18,983 nucleotides of DNA from NCBI GenBank assembly GCA_024626585.2, contig JANKJI020000002.1, forward strand, positions 157,021,326 through 157,040,308. The letters are read 5' to 3'. Positions 1 through 9,585 of this stretch are shown one piece after another. The stretch is from Ginkgo biloba (Eukaryota > Plantae > Ginkgophyta). The number at the start of each line of letters is the position of its first letter. Position 1 is the first letter of the stretch. The notes below the pieces were generated by a model. It searched no databases. It saw only the letters and a list, made by a program, of their open reading frames with translations, and was not told the origin of the DNA. The translations under genes were made by a program, and so were the position numbers.

Positions 1-935
1 CGGCCCACTGCCCAACAATTCTTTACCAAATAGATTACAAAATCACAATTTCTAAGATCACAGATATCGAGATAAATATTAAGTAGATATACAACATATA
101 CAATATACAAATATAAATAAAATTTGACGTATAAATTATCCTATTAAATGCCGTTTTTACGTTTGCATAATTATGTCAAACGTTGCAAAAATGTTTTGGT
201 TTTTTTCTTTTCTCTCAAATGACGAAAAAAACACTTTAAAACGTCTATACGCCTTGCAAATTCCAAGCCTGCATGGGATCCATAAACAAACATGGCATAG
301 GAAGAGTTGCTCCGCAATGATCATTTCTGCAAACTTTACTGTAGCATGTTGAAAACATAAATAGTGTTGTCAACTATTAAATACACATTGTGACGTTTGA
401 AATCTCCAGATAAAGTGTATCTGCAATGATAGTTTATGCTGGAGAAAGGTGTAATGACAATTTATGATGCAATGACATCCTTAGAAATAAGAATAAGAGA
501 ATCACATGGGTTTTTTTAATTTGATAATCCGTCCATCTTTAGAATCAAATATTATGTATTGAGTCAATTCTTGATCCATTTTTTTACTTAAAATAAAAAC
601 AAATCGCAATAATCATTACATACTCTTCAAATAAACAATCTTAGTGATTGATTGGTATTATCTTTCATTATTTTCTGACCTTTCACATGATAACAATTAT
701 GGGACTTAAGTGATAGGTTCTCTTCACTCCACAAGTGATAGGTGTATTTTTATTTCATTATCATTAGAAAAAACTCTTATTTACGCAATGATTCTAAGCT
801 TTGTGTTGTGAGATATTTAGGAAATCTAGACTACCACTAGTATTCCCTCAATGGTTGCATGGTAAAAAATATATAATAATAAGATTAGCTACAAATAGAA
901 CCTAACAAGTACTAATAAGTAAATCACATATACTA

Positions 936-1320
936 TTTTTTTTTTGGTTAAAGGAAAATATATTACAAGACCGTGAGAACAGTTGTCCGAGATACAGTGG
1001 TAAACCATGAAAAATCCCAACTGGCTAGCTGCCAGGGGAACCGAACATGACTATGGACCGACTACTTCCAAACAGAACCCCACATAATACTGAATTACAT
1101 AACTTCAAAACCATGAGTAGGTCATAGAGGAGCCAACCCAGAGCATGCCTTCCAAAAAACCAACCATTGACCTGAAACCTCAGGATGTCACTCTTCCCCA
1201 CCCTCATCCGGTAACTGCTTGCCCAGTTTGTCACCCAATGGAGTGGAATCGAAGATAGTGTCCTTCGGATGGGTGTGAGGACAAGGACCAACCCTATGGT
1301 GCAGATGCGCTAAATCGTGT
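936..1320 (-). mobile_element. Probable 3' end (3' UTR plus poly(A) tail) of an L1-type LINE or other retroposed sequence
   Basis: T10 at 936-945; the minus strand ends ...TGTAATATATTTTCCTTTAACC-A10, as in plant L1 termini. There is an abrupt rise in GC relative to 480-935. Truncated by the N gap at 1321; no protein motif recognised. Confidence 0.5.
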
Positions 1321-2859
1321 NNNNNNNNNNNNNNNNNNNNNNNNNNNNNNNNNNNNNNNNNNNNNNNNNNNNNNNNNNNNNNNNNNNNNNNNNNNNNNNN
1401 NNNNNNNNNNNNNNNNNNNNAGGGAATGTTTAAAATCTAGTAATCAATAAATTTCATCATAGTAAAACCCAATGGTAATTGTCTTTAAGTGAGCAATGTA
1501 GAAATGAATATAGCTCGATGAGATTCATGTTGCTTGGTAGAAATTTGAAAATGAATTATAGTAGCATTTATGAGAGAATCCACATTTATTGCTTATTATG
1601 CATACTATTTGTATTGAAATCTTCCCCCCTTCAAAGAAAAGTTATCATTATACATGGTCTTATAATCATTCCCATTTGTCCACTCTTTGCATGCATTTAA
1701 ATCTCTTTTTGCAAGGTAGATCTACACTTTCATCGAAACTAGTTTGGCTCCTTGGACCACACAACACAACACATCCATGATAAGTCCTAATCACTCTCCC
1801 TTAAGCCACTTCCTTCTGTGTCTAGCATATGCTTTCTGCACTCGAAAACCACAACTAGTTTTTATCTACATTCAAAATTTCTACAGACAATTCCTTAAGA
1901 GGGAGTGCCATGAATGTTGTTTGAATGTGGGTCCCATTGTTGGAATCCACACCAACATGAAAAATATGCATTCATAGTAGTAGGGTATGCATTAATTACA
2001 CATTCATTGTATAAAGGCAGAATAACATTATAATTCCACAGCACAAGTCACAAGAACAAACAAATGGGAAGGTGGTGGCATGGAACTAACATTAATCTTT
2101 GTATGCATTACCAACTGTATTTAGTTGCAAAAGTAGACTATTAGAAGAGTTAGAGAATACTTGATCTCTGATTTGTATGTCAATTGAATATGTGTGCCTT
2201 AGCAATAAGAGGACAACTCCTTCATTGCCCCTTTCCTTGAAAGGGACATTTGATTCACATATTTTGAGTGACTTATCTCAGTGGCATATTGCTAAACTCC
2301 CCCTTATCTTTAATATCTTTCTTGCTTTTGATTTTTAATCTGTGTTAAAAGAGGGAAGGAACTTGCCACCACGTGCCTTTTTTTTTCCCTTTAGTTGAAT
2401 CAACTCATATTAGATGCATTAGAAATGCTTGATGCACACATATTTTTACCACTTGAAATATTTTATGTGGTCAGACTTGTCTGCAAAGGGTGTAAGGAGT
2501 CTGTAAGCATGTCCCAAATCGGATTTCTCAAATGTCATTTTGTCATTCCTTAATATATAATCTTTTTAACCACAAAATCCATCGTTCTTGGATTCTTTGC
2601 TTGTCAATATGCATGAGCTTAGTTCCACTTGTTAACTAGCACATAGTTAATTGTATGAGGTATTTGCTCCTCATTTGCTTCCCCTAAGCAACTATATTTT
2701 TTTTGCGACAAAGGTCACCATCCTATGCATTATTTGGCCATTAGGCAAACCCTTCTTGGCTTTCACTCCAAACTATCTAACAAACACTTGATGTTCTCAA
2801 CCTTTGAAAAGTTGTTTTAAATGAAGGTTCCTACAACTTCCATTGTTGTTAGATCAAGA

Positions 2860-5180
2860 TTCAAGATTAGAGGAGCAAAGAGTAACTAAGGATGTTATTT
2901 GTGTGTTGTTATTTTCCATCCCCCTTGCCTAAGGATGTTTCTCTTCCCATGTTATCTGTCAACAAGCAATTGTACAACACACAATCCATATTGTTCATCA
3001 TACTCTCTTGTGTTGGTAGGTATAGAGTATGTCTCAAGACTTTTGCATGTAGATGGATGGTAGTTTTAATAATCCTTATTTACAGAAAATTACACATTAG
3101 TCAAAGAGTCAAGCCACAAAACCTAAGCATGTTCCTTTCAAAGAAACAAATGAACCCAAACATTAAATCGGTACATATGTTGATGGAGAAAGGAGGAAGA
3201 ATGAATTAAGGACATAATCCCTTGTCGATTGCATAGGAAAAAAGAAAAACAATATAAACAAGGTACCTAGGAAACTATGTTTAAATAAACCAAAAAGTTG
3301 TTAAACCAACAAAAGGAGGACCAGAACACTAAAGGAAGTGGACCCACACAACATCACCTGATATCATAGAGTTAGAAAAGTTGATAGAGGTGATGTGCAA
3401 TAGGTTTGATAGAAACAAATTAATATGGGAACATGGTATCCATACACAAACCATAGTTGCAAATATAATCGAGGATATCGGGCCTTAAGCATTTAATATG
3501 GGAGGACATTGGTGGCTTGGTAGGAGGAATAAGATTAATTGAGAACCAACTTCCACCAATGTTGCATCATGACACACTTGACTAATGATGCAACATAGCT
3601 ACATTTTTAAACAATGGATACAAGAGGATGGTTTTCTCATAGGAATTAATTCTTCATTAGTTTTGATGACTTGGGAAAGAAGGAACTTGGCCACTCAGCA
3701 ATTTTTTTAATTAATGCAATGGAGTTTCAAGAGACAAGGCGAAAGAAGAACAAGAGAAGCTAGAGAAGTGAGAGTGAGAAAAGAAGGATGCACGCGATGC
3801 ATAAAGGCAAAGAGAGGATGATTAAAGAAGAAAGAATGGACTTTATACAATGTTCATCTAATATGCAATTAGTATATTATGATGAGGTTGCAATATACTC
3901 AACTCCAAACCAAGGCATACCACCAAAGGAAAGAAATGCATACAAATGGATGGCGAAGTGGGAAGCGTGCCTATGTCTAATGGAGCTCAGAACGATCTTA
4001 GGGAAGATGATAGCCAGGTGGAAATTAGGAAAAGGCCCACACAAACATCAATATGAAGGTGGAAGATGCATGAAGTGTAACAACAAGTAGCCCATTAAAG
4101 ACACACCAGTTGTAGGAAGCCATGGAAGGGCAACATATAAAATGAAGCGTGTTAGAAAGCATTAATCGTTCTTTGCAAGCATGTTTTTTCCTTATGACCA
4201 AAGGTGCTAAAGAAGTTGCTCAACCAACTCTCATTGTATGACATGGACTACTTTTTCGGATAGGCAATCCAAGGGAAGGAGAACAATGATTTGATGTTGG
4301 AAACTAGAATGGAAATCAACATGGACAAAAGACAAATGCTCATGGTCTCTCAAGATATGAATGAAATTAAAGCCACTATTTGTAAGGGCACAAAGCCATT
4401 TGGCCTACTTTATATGAATGAATATGGCATGGTGATGTGGATCCATAAAGAAGGTCCCAAATCCAAAGATGATGTCAAGAGCTTCCTCCAAGTATCCACA
4501 GAGATCATATGCAAGATGGCTAACCTCAATAACATTGTCATCCAAAACACGACTACGAGGGAATATGAAGTGCTTGTAGATGTAAAGGATCAAATGGACA
4601 TAATAGATCCAGCTAAATGGGCTAGAAAAGTTTGAGAAAACTCATGGGAAACATCATGTATACTTAAGACCTAGTTTAAAAAAGGAACATCTCTTTAGAC
4701 AACAAATGCTAGAGATGGAACACATCACTATGGCTAGGTGGATTCTAAATCAAACATTGTAGCAAAAACAAATTCAAAATTTAAAATTAAACACAGCTCG
4801 TAATATCACATTCACAAGTGATGGTCATAGTTATATTAGATTCAAATTCTTACTTAGAAGAATTGAGGAAGTGGAGCTACTATCCACAATCATAATGATT
4901 CATCTCAAAAATAGGAATAAAATCATAGTGCTAAAAACTTGTTGTCTTAAAAGAACACAACTTATGAAGCTTGGTGAAATATTAGACTATTTCTTGGTAC
5001 TTACAAATAAATCACAAGTTTATGACGTGGTGAAATCATAATCCTTCACTTGGTAAAGTAAAACTAATGCTTTTATCACCCTCATATGCTCGTAAAGGAA
5101 TGAACAAAAAGGATTTGTCTCTCCTAGCCATTCCCTTCAAAATGATATCTCAAGAGATTTCATCCTCCTTTGAAAAATAG
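2860..5180 (+). mobile_element. Highly degenerate LTR-retrotransposon gag/protease-like remnant
   Basis: Purine-rich + strand with broken ORFs. NIVIQNTTTREYEVLVDVKDQMDII (about 4530-4605) loosely resembles the Ty3/gypsy protease VIQV...VLLDGGSGVNI motif, and IQNLKLN...ITFT (about 4770-4820) the following protease segment. Many stops; boundaries approximate. Confidence 0.4.
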
Positions 5181-5334
5181 NNNNNNNNNNNNNNNNNNNN
5201 NNNNNNNNNNNNNNNNNNNNNNNNNNNNNNNNNNNNNNNNNNNNNNNNNNNNNNNNNNNNNNNNNNNNNNNNNNNNNNNNTTATGATGATTTCGAGCCAA
5301 AGAGTACCAAAAACACGCATCAAACTTGACCACT

Positions 5335-5429
5335 GATGACATGGCGACATGATGGCATGGCGGCAGGAGATGACATGGCAGCTTGATGATGTGGCAACAT
5401 ATGACATGGCATAGGATGATGTAGCAACA
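5335..5429. repeat. Degenerate tandem array of GATGA(C/T)(A/G)TGGC(A/G)-like motifs
   Basis: gatgacatggcg, gatggcatggcg, gatgacatggca, gatgatgtggcaaca, atgacatggca, gatgatgtagcaaca occur in succession; the last copy is the first coding codons of the USP exon. Confidence 0.7.
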
Positions 5430-5506
5430 GCAATTGTGGAGCAAATTTCAAATTGTAGCATCAGCAAACTTGTTATGGGATCATCTTCTCGCAATGTGAT
5501 CACAAG
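5415..5506 (+). CDS. PUB kinase exon: USP/STK_N domain, central part (5' boundary uncertain)
   Basis: Reads DDVATAIVEQISNCSISKLVMGSSSRNVIT(R), typical of the USP-like N-terminal domain. Donor AG|GTAAAC at 5507, phase 2. An in-frame TAG lies immediately upstream (5412-5414). Confidence 0.85.
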
Positions 5507-8500
5507 GTAAACAACTGCCCAATTCAAAAAACTTGTGGACATTTACTAAAACACTATCTTTGTTGCTTTTTTGTAGGTCAAGCAAAGTTGTCTCAATTTA
5601 ACAATTACTCGTACTGCTCACTTTAATTGTTAGTATCCTATTTTGTATTCCACTTAAAAAATCAATGAATCTGTTGTTGTTTAGATTTTTCATGTTTGTT
5701 TTGAATTAAAACATTTGTACTGATGATGTTTCTCCTGCAAGTGTGAAGGCCCTTTTGATCTTTTATGTCATTTGCAAGGCCTCAGTTGTAGTACAGTCTT
5801 GAGCGATTTCTTGCCTGCTGTCAGGAACTTGCCTAAGCAGCCAATAAATTGTCAATTTGTTTGGATCAAGCTGCAATTTGAGATTAGATTCAGCAAATTC
5901 TTACTCTGACAATTATTAGTGCTCCTAATGCTGATGAAAACAATAGATTGGGAACAAATTCCAAAAACTTTTAAATATTAATGTGAAAATTTTAATTTTT
6001 TTCTTTATCAAGGTATTCTATTCGAATTAGAACGTTACAGCAGCATTGAGATCCTGTTCTTTTGTACAGTTGTTTAAGCCGTGGAAGTTGCCTATACGCC
6101 TTTCCCAGTGCTCAAATAGCCTGTAGGCTTAGTATTCCCCATAAGATTTGAAGTGTTTCCAACCTGGCAACTAGTGAAAGCATTGAGTCTTCACCACCTG
6201 AACCATGGTTGTTTTTAGTTCTGTGATGGTTATCTTTTCAATTACAAAAGCTCTTTTCGATGAGTAAGTTATGAACAATTTGATTTCTTACCATGTGTTT
6301 GATACAGTTTTAACTCGGTCATTGTTTTGTAGGAAGCTCAAAGGCCCTGATATACCAGCAAGTGTTGCAATTAAAGCACCGAAGTCTTGTTCGGTATATG
6401 TTATATCAAAAGGCAAACTTGCTTCAGTGCATTCAGCTGTTTCTTTGCCACCAGAAATAGTTAGCTGTGAGGATGTGAGAAATCATTCCAGCTTGGAAGA
6501 CAGAACTCTATCAAGAGGTATTAGATTACCTAATACCAACTGCATCTGTTGAATGCCAGACTTCTTGCACTGCTATTTATGTTTTGAAGGCTTTGGATTC
6601 TTATGCTCTTTCTGCTAACAATGCTTTGAAAACTTTTGGATTTCACTGTATCTTTGTAGTTTGAGTCTGTCAACTTGCATTGGAAAATACTTGGAAATTA
6701 TTCTGTTGCCAGTGATGTAATATGTATTTCTTCTCTTTGCTACCTAATCCTCAGGGAAGAGAGTCTCAGAGATCAGAGAGTCTGCTACATTTCATTCTCA
6801 ACATCTACTTATCCAGAGAAATCAAGCCCTTTCATATGTGAATCGATTTATGAGTCATAGTAAATCAAATTTGTAACTCCTGGATTCTCTTTAGACTTGT
6901 CCCACATAAGGACCTAATCACCAAGATGAAAATATTTGTTCTTGGCCACNNNNNNNNNNNNNNNNNNNNNNNNNNNNNNNNNNNNNNNNNNNNNNNNNNN
7001 NNNNNNNNNNNNNNNNNNNNNNNNNNNNNNNNNNNNNNNNNNNNNNNNNNNNNNNNNNNNNNNNNNNNNNNNNNNNNNNNNNNNNNNNNNNNNNNNNNNN
7101 NNNNNNNNNNNNNNNNNNNNNNNNNNNNNNNNNNNNNNNNNNNNNNNNNNNNNNNNNNNNNNGGGTGCTACATGCATAAAAGAACCTAGCAATGGCAGGG
7201 TTAATGTTCTCCCTACCATCTGCATCAAAAGAGATCCAAATTCATACATCTTCATTAAAATGCCTGGTGAGAGATGAACCAACTACTTATGGGATTAAAA
7301 TTGATTTATACAGTTTGGGTTTCTGTGATCTTATTCATTCTTACACTTATCCCTTTTAAACCTTAACTCCTGTGGAATCTAAGGAGGGAATGGATACTTA
7401 GACGAAAGAAAATTTCCTGGTGCAACTAAATAGACAAACTGTTGTTTGTATGCAGCCTGAGATTCAGACCGAATTAGAAAGGTTGAAGCTCAAACTTTGG
7501 CATACACAGGACATGTACAATGCAGCTTTTGAAGAGGCAATTGATGCAAAGCACAAGGTCAGCTTGTTCAATAAATATTTTGAATTTGGGTTTCTGCAGT
7601 TGCTAGTAGTTTGCTTATAAGTTGGAATGCCCATGACAGGCAGAATGTCTAAATGCCCGGCTGATTGAAGAGGCAAGAAAATTGGCGGCAGCAAAGGTAA
7701 GAGAAGAAATGGCCAGAGCAAGGGCTGCAGAAGACAATGCAAAATATGAAGAGGCCAGGAAGGAGGCTGAAGCAGCAAGGCAAACTGCAGAAAAGGAGGT
7801 ACAACAGAGAATGGCTGCAGAGTTGAGAGCTATCAAGGAATCATATGAGAGAAAAAAAGCACAGGATGCTCTTCAGCTAGGTGATCGAAGATACAGAAAG
7901 TATTCCATAGAAGAAATTGAATCTGCCACAGATTACTTCTCCGAATCACTCAAGATAGGTGAGGGCGGGTATGGTCCAGTTTACAAGTGCAATTTAGACC
8001 ATATCACTGTCGCTATCAAGGTTCTTCAGACAGATGAAGCTCAAGGGAGACGTGAATTTCAACAGGAGGTAGGGAATAATTTTGAGCAAATCCAAAGCTT
8101 GTGAGTTTCCGTGTTCAGTAACACTGTAAGATCATAAAATTCATGCGATGGAGAGAAGATTTTTAGATGATTCTCTTTTGATTATTCTTGCAGATTGATG
8201 TTCTAAGCCACGTACACCACCCCCACATTGTGTTGCTGCTTGGTGCTTGTCCTGACCGCGGATGTTTAGTGTATGAATACATGGCAAATGGAAGTTTAGA
8301 NNNNNNNNNNNNNNNNNNNNNNNNNNNNNNNNNNNNNNNNNNNNNNNNNNNNNNNNNNNNCGCTTCTTTTTCTTCACAAATCCAAGCCAGAGCCAATTGT
8401 TCACCGTGATCTAAAGCCTGCCAATATCTTGCTGGATCACAACTTTGTGAGCAAAATTGGTGATGTGGGACTGGCTCGACTTGTCCCCCCTACAGCCTCT

Positions 8501-9248
8501 TGCAGTTTTACTGAGTACAATAACACACTCCTTGCTGGCACATTTTTCTACATGGATCCAGAGTATCAACGGACTGGAACATTGCATCCTAAATCTGATT
8601 TGTATGCTCTAGGGATTGTGTTGCTGCAATTGCTAACAGCCAAGACACCAATGGGCCTTACAGATACAGTTGAAAGGGCCGTCGAGAAGGGCTTATTGAA
8701 AGAAATTCTTGATAAATCTGCTGGAGATTGGCCTCTTGATGAGAGTCTGGAGTTAGCTAAGCTTGCTCTGAAATGTTCCGAGTTGCGACGCAGAGACAGG
8801 CCAGATCTGGAGACAGTTGTGCTACCGGAACTAGAGAGATTTAAAGCTCTTGCTGGTGCACATGTGCTTCTAAGTAAAGTGGATAGGGGTGTTACACCTC
8901 CTGGCCATTTCTTTTGTCCAATTCTTCAGGTATGTTCTGCTTGTTGGAAAAAAGGTGATATCAAAGAATTGCAAGATCATGCACAGAAACAGAGCTTCGT
9001 TTCTACTAGTGACAATATGTGGGCTGCATTTGGTGCAGGTGGTGATGGAAGATCCACACATTGCAGCTGATGGTGTTACTTATGAGTACAGAGCAATCAA
9101 GGCTTGGCTTGAGAACAATAACACACTCCCCATGGAAAATCCAAGGCTGTCCCAAAAGCACCTCATTCCAAACCATTCGCTTCGTTCTGCCATTTTCGAA
9201 TGGAGATTAAAAACTGATACCTTATTTTTTTCAGAATTTAAAATATGA
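5415..9248 (+). CDS. U-box domain-containing Ser/Thr protein kinase (USP/STK_N - coiled coil - kinase - U-box; PUB34/35/51/52-like, RLCK-IX); multi-exon, 5'-incomplete
   Basis: Manual splicing: 5415-5506, 6333-6517, 6755-~6859, ~7199-7266, 7456-7557, 7640-8068, 8194-8929 (N gap inside), 9039-9248 (TGA). All introns are GT-AG and phase-compatible. Motifs: USP DDVATAIVEQI...KLVMGSSSRN...CSVYVISKGKL; kinase GEGGYGPVYK, VAIK, HRDLKPANILL, DVGLAR, GTFFYMDPEY; U-box PGHFFCPILQ|VVMEDPHIAADGVTYEYRAIKAWL...LIPNHSLRSAIFEW. Linker exon boundaries are tentative. Confidence 0.93.
6333..6517 (+). CDS. PUB kinase exon: USP/STK_N domain C-terminal part
   Basis: Acceptor ttttgtAG|G completes the AGG (Arg) codon. 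Reads KLKGPDIPASVAIKAPKSCSVYVISKGKLASVHSA...LSR. Donor G|GTATTA at 6518, phase 1. Confidence 0.88.
6755..6859 (+). CDS. PUB kinase exon: linker (3' boundary tentative)
   Basis: Pyrimidine-rich acceptor ...aatcctcAG at 6753-6754, phase 1 matching. Reads GKRVSEIRESATFHSQHLLIQRNQALSYVNRFMSH; QRxQALS resembles the linker motif I recall from PUB34/35-like proteins. Candidate donor GTAAAT at 6860; the frame otherwise hits TAA at 6874. Confidence 0.6.
7199..7266 (+). CDS. PUB kinase: putative short linker exon (5' boundary tentative)
   Basis: Donor CTG|GTGAGA at 7267 is phase 0, matching the 7456 exon. Phase-1 acceptors exist at 7188-7189 and 7197-7198 (GGCAG|G) but lack a good pyrimidine tract. 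Confidence 0.4.
7456..7557 (+). CDS. PUB kinase exon: start of coiled coil
   Basis: tgcAG| PEIQTELERLKLKLWHTQDMYNAAFEEAIDAKHK |GTCAGC; 102 nt, phase 0/0; matches the family ELERLKLEL...MY..A..EAI.AK.K segment. Confidence 0.9.
7640..8068 (+). CDS. PUB kinase exon: coiled coil plus kinase subdomains I-III
   Basis: gacAG| AECLNARLIEEARKLAAAK...YRKYSIEEIESATDYFSESLKIGEGGYGPVYKCNLDHITVAIKVLQTDEAQGRREFQQE |GTAGGG; 429 nt, phase 0/0. Confidence 0.95.
8194..8929 (+). CDS. PUB kinase exon: kinase subdomains IV-XI and U-box start
   Basis: cttgcAG| IDVLSHVHHPHIVLLLGACPDRGCLVYEYMANGSL [N gap 8301-8360] LLFLHKSKPEPIVHRDLKPANILLDHNFVSKIGDVGLARL...GTFFYMDPEYQRTG...RRRDRPDL...PPGHFFCPILQ |GTATGT. Confidence 0.95.
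9039..9248 (+). CDS. PUB kinase last exon: U-box domain and stop
   Basis: gtgcAG| VVMEDPHIAADGVTYEYRAIKAWLENNNTLPMENPRLSQKHLIPNHSLRSAIFEW...KI TGA (9246-9248). Confidence 0.93.
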   Translation: MVMEDPHIAADGVTYEYRAIKAWLENNNTLPMENPRLSQKHLIPNHSLRSAIFEWRLKTDTLFFSEFKI

Positions 9249-9557
9249 AATTGAGAGACCAAAGCTGAGACTGAAGTAGGAATGTAAGTATTCAATCTTA
9301 TTATTTCGACTGTACATTAGCACACAATTTAGGTACTTGCAGTTGTGTAGATCAAGAACAGCTGCAAGCATTTGTACACTATCTTCTAAAATGGATCTGT
9401 CATAGAGAAGTTTCCACATTGCCATCTTCAGCATCTGTACAAGAGTCTCGTGTACCTNNNNNNNNNNNNNNNNNNNNNNNNNNNNNNNNNNNNNNNNNNN
9501 NNNNNNNNNNNNNNNNNNNNNNNNNNNNNNNNNNNNNNNNNNNNNNNNNNNNNNNNN

Positions 9558-9585
9558 TATATATATATATATATATATATATATA
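9558..9585. repeat. (TA)n microsatellite
   Basis: Perfect TA run adjoining the N gap at 9458-9557; true length unknown. Confidence 0.95.

Noticed and set aside
1421-2860. Polypurine-tract-like runs (about 1622 minus, 1897 plus, 2296 minus) suggesting LTR boundaries
   Set aside because: No paired LTR, TG...CA ends, primer-binding site or coding motif could be identified. Probably decayed TE, but not callable.
5335-5429. Repeat array as a CRISPR-like or coding repeat (ORFs 5150-5542 and 5160-5444)
   Set aside because: The units are short, degenerate and lack unique spacers, the context is eukaryotic, and the ORFs are inflated by N runs.
6874-7179. U-to-C RNA editing to repair the four stops
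   Set aside because: That editing is known from fern, hornwort and lycophyte organelles. This is a spliceosomal nuclear gene, and splicing or decay explains the stops more simply.
7464-7836. Minus-strand ORFs of 104 and 73 aa
   Set aside because: These are antisense shadows of the Glu/Ala/Lys-rich coiled-coil exons.
8301-8360. Apparent frameshift in the kinase domain
   Set aside because: It falls in a 60-N gap. The missing family segment (EDRL...LPW..RFRIA.EVASA) needs more than 60 nt, so the gap is probably under-sized; both sides are intact.
8462-8470. DVG in place of the kinase DFG motif
   Set aside because: DVG is normal for this RLCK-IX/PUB kinase subfamily and is not evidence of a pseudokinase.
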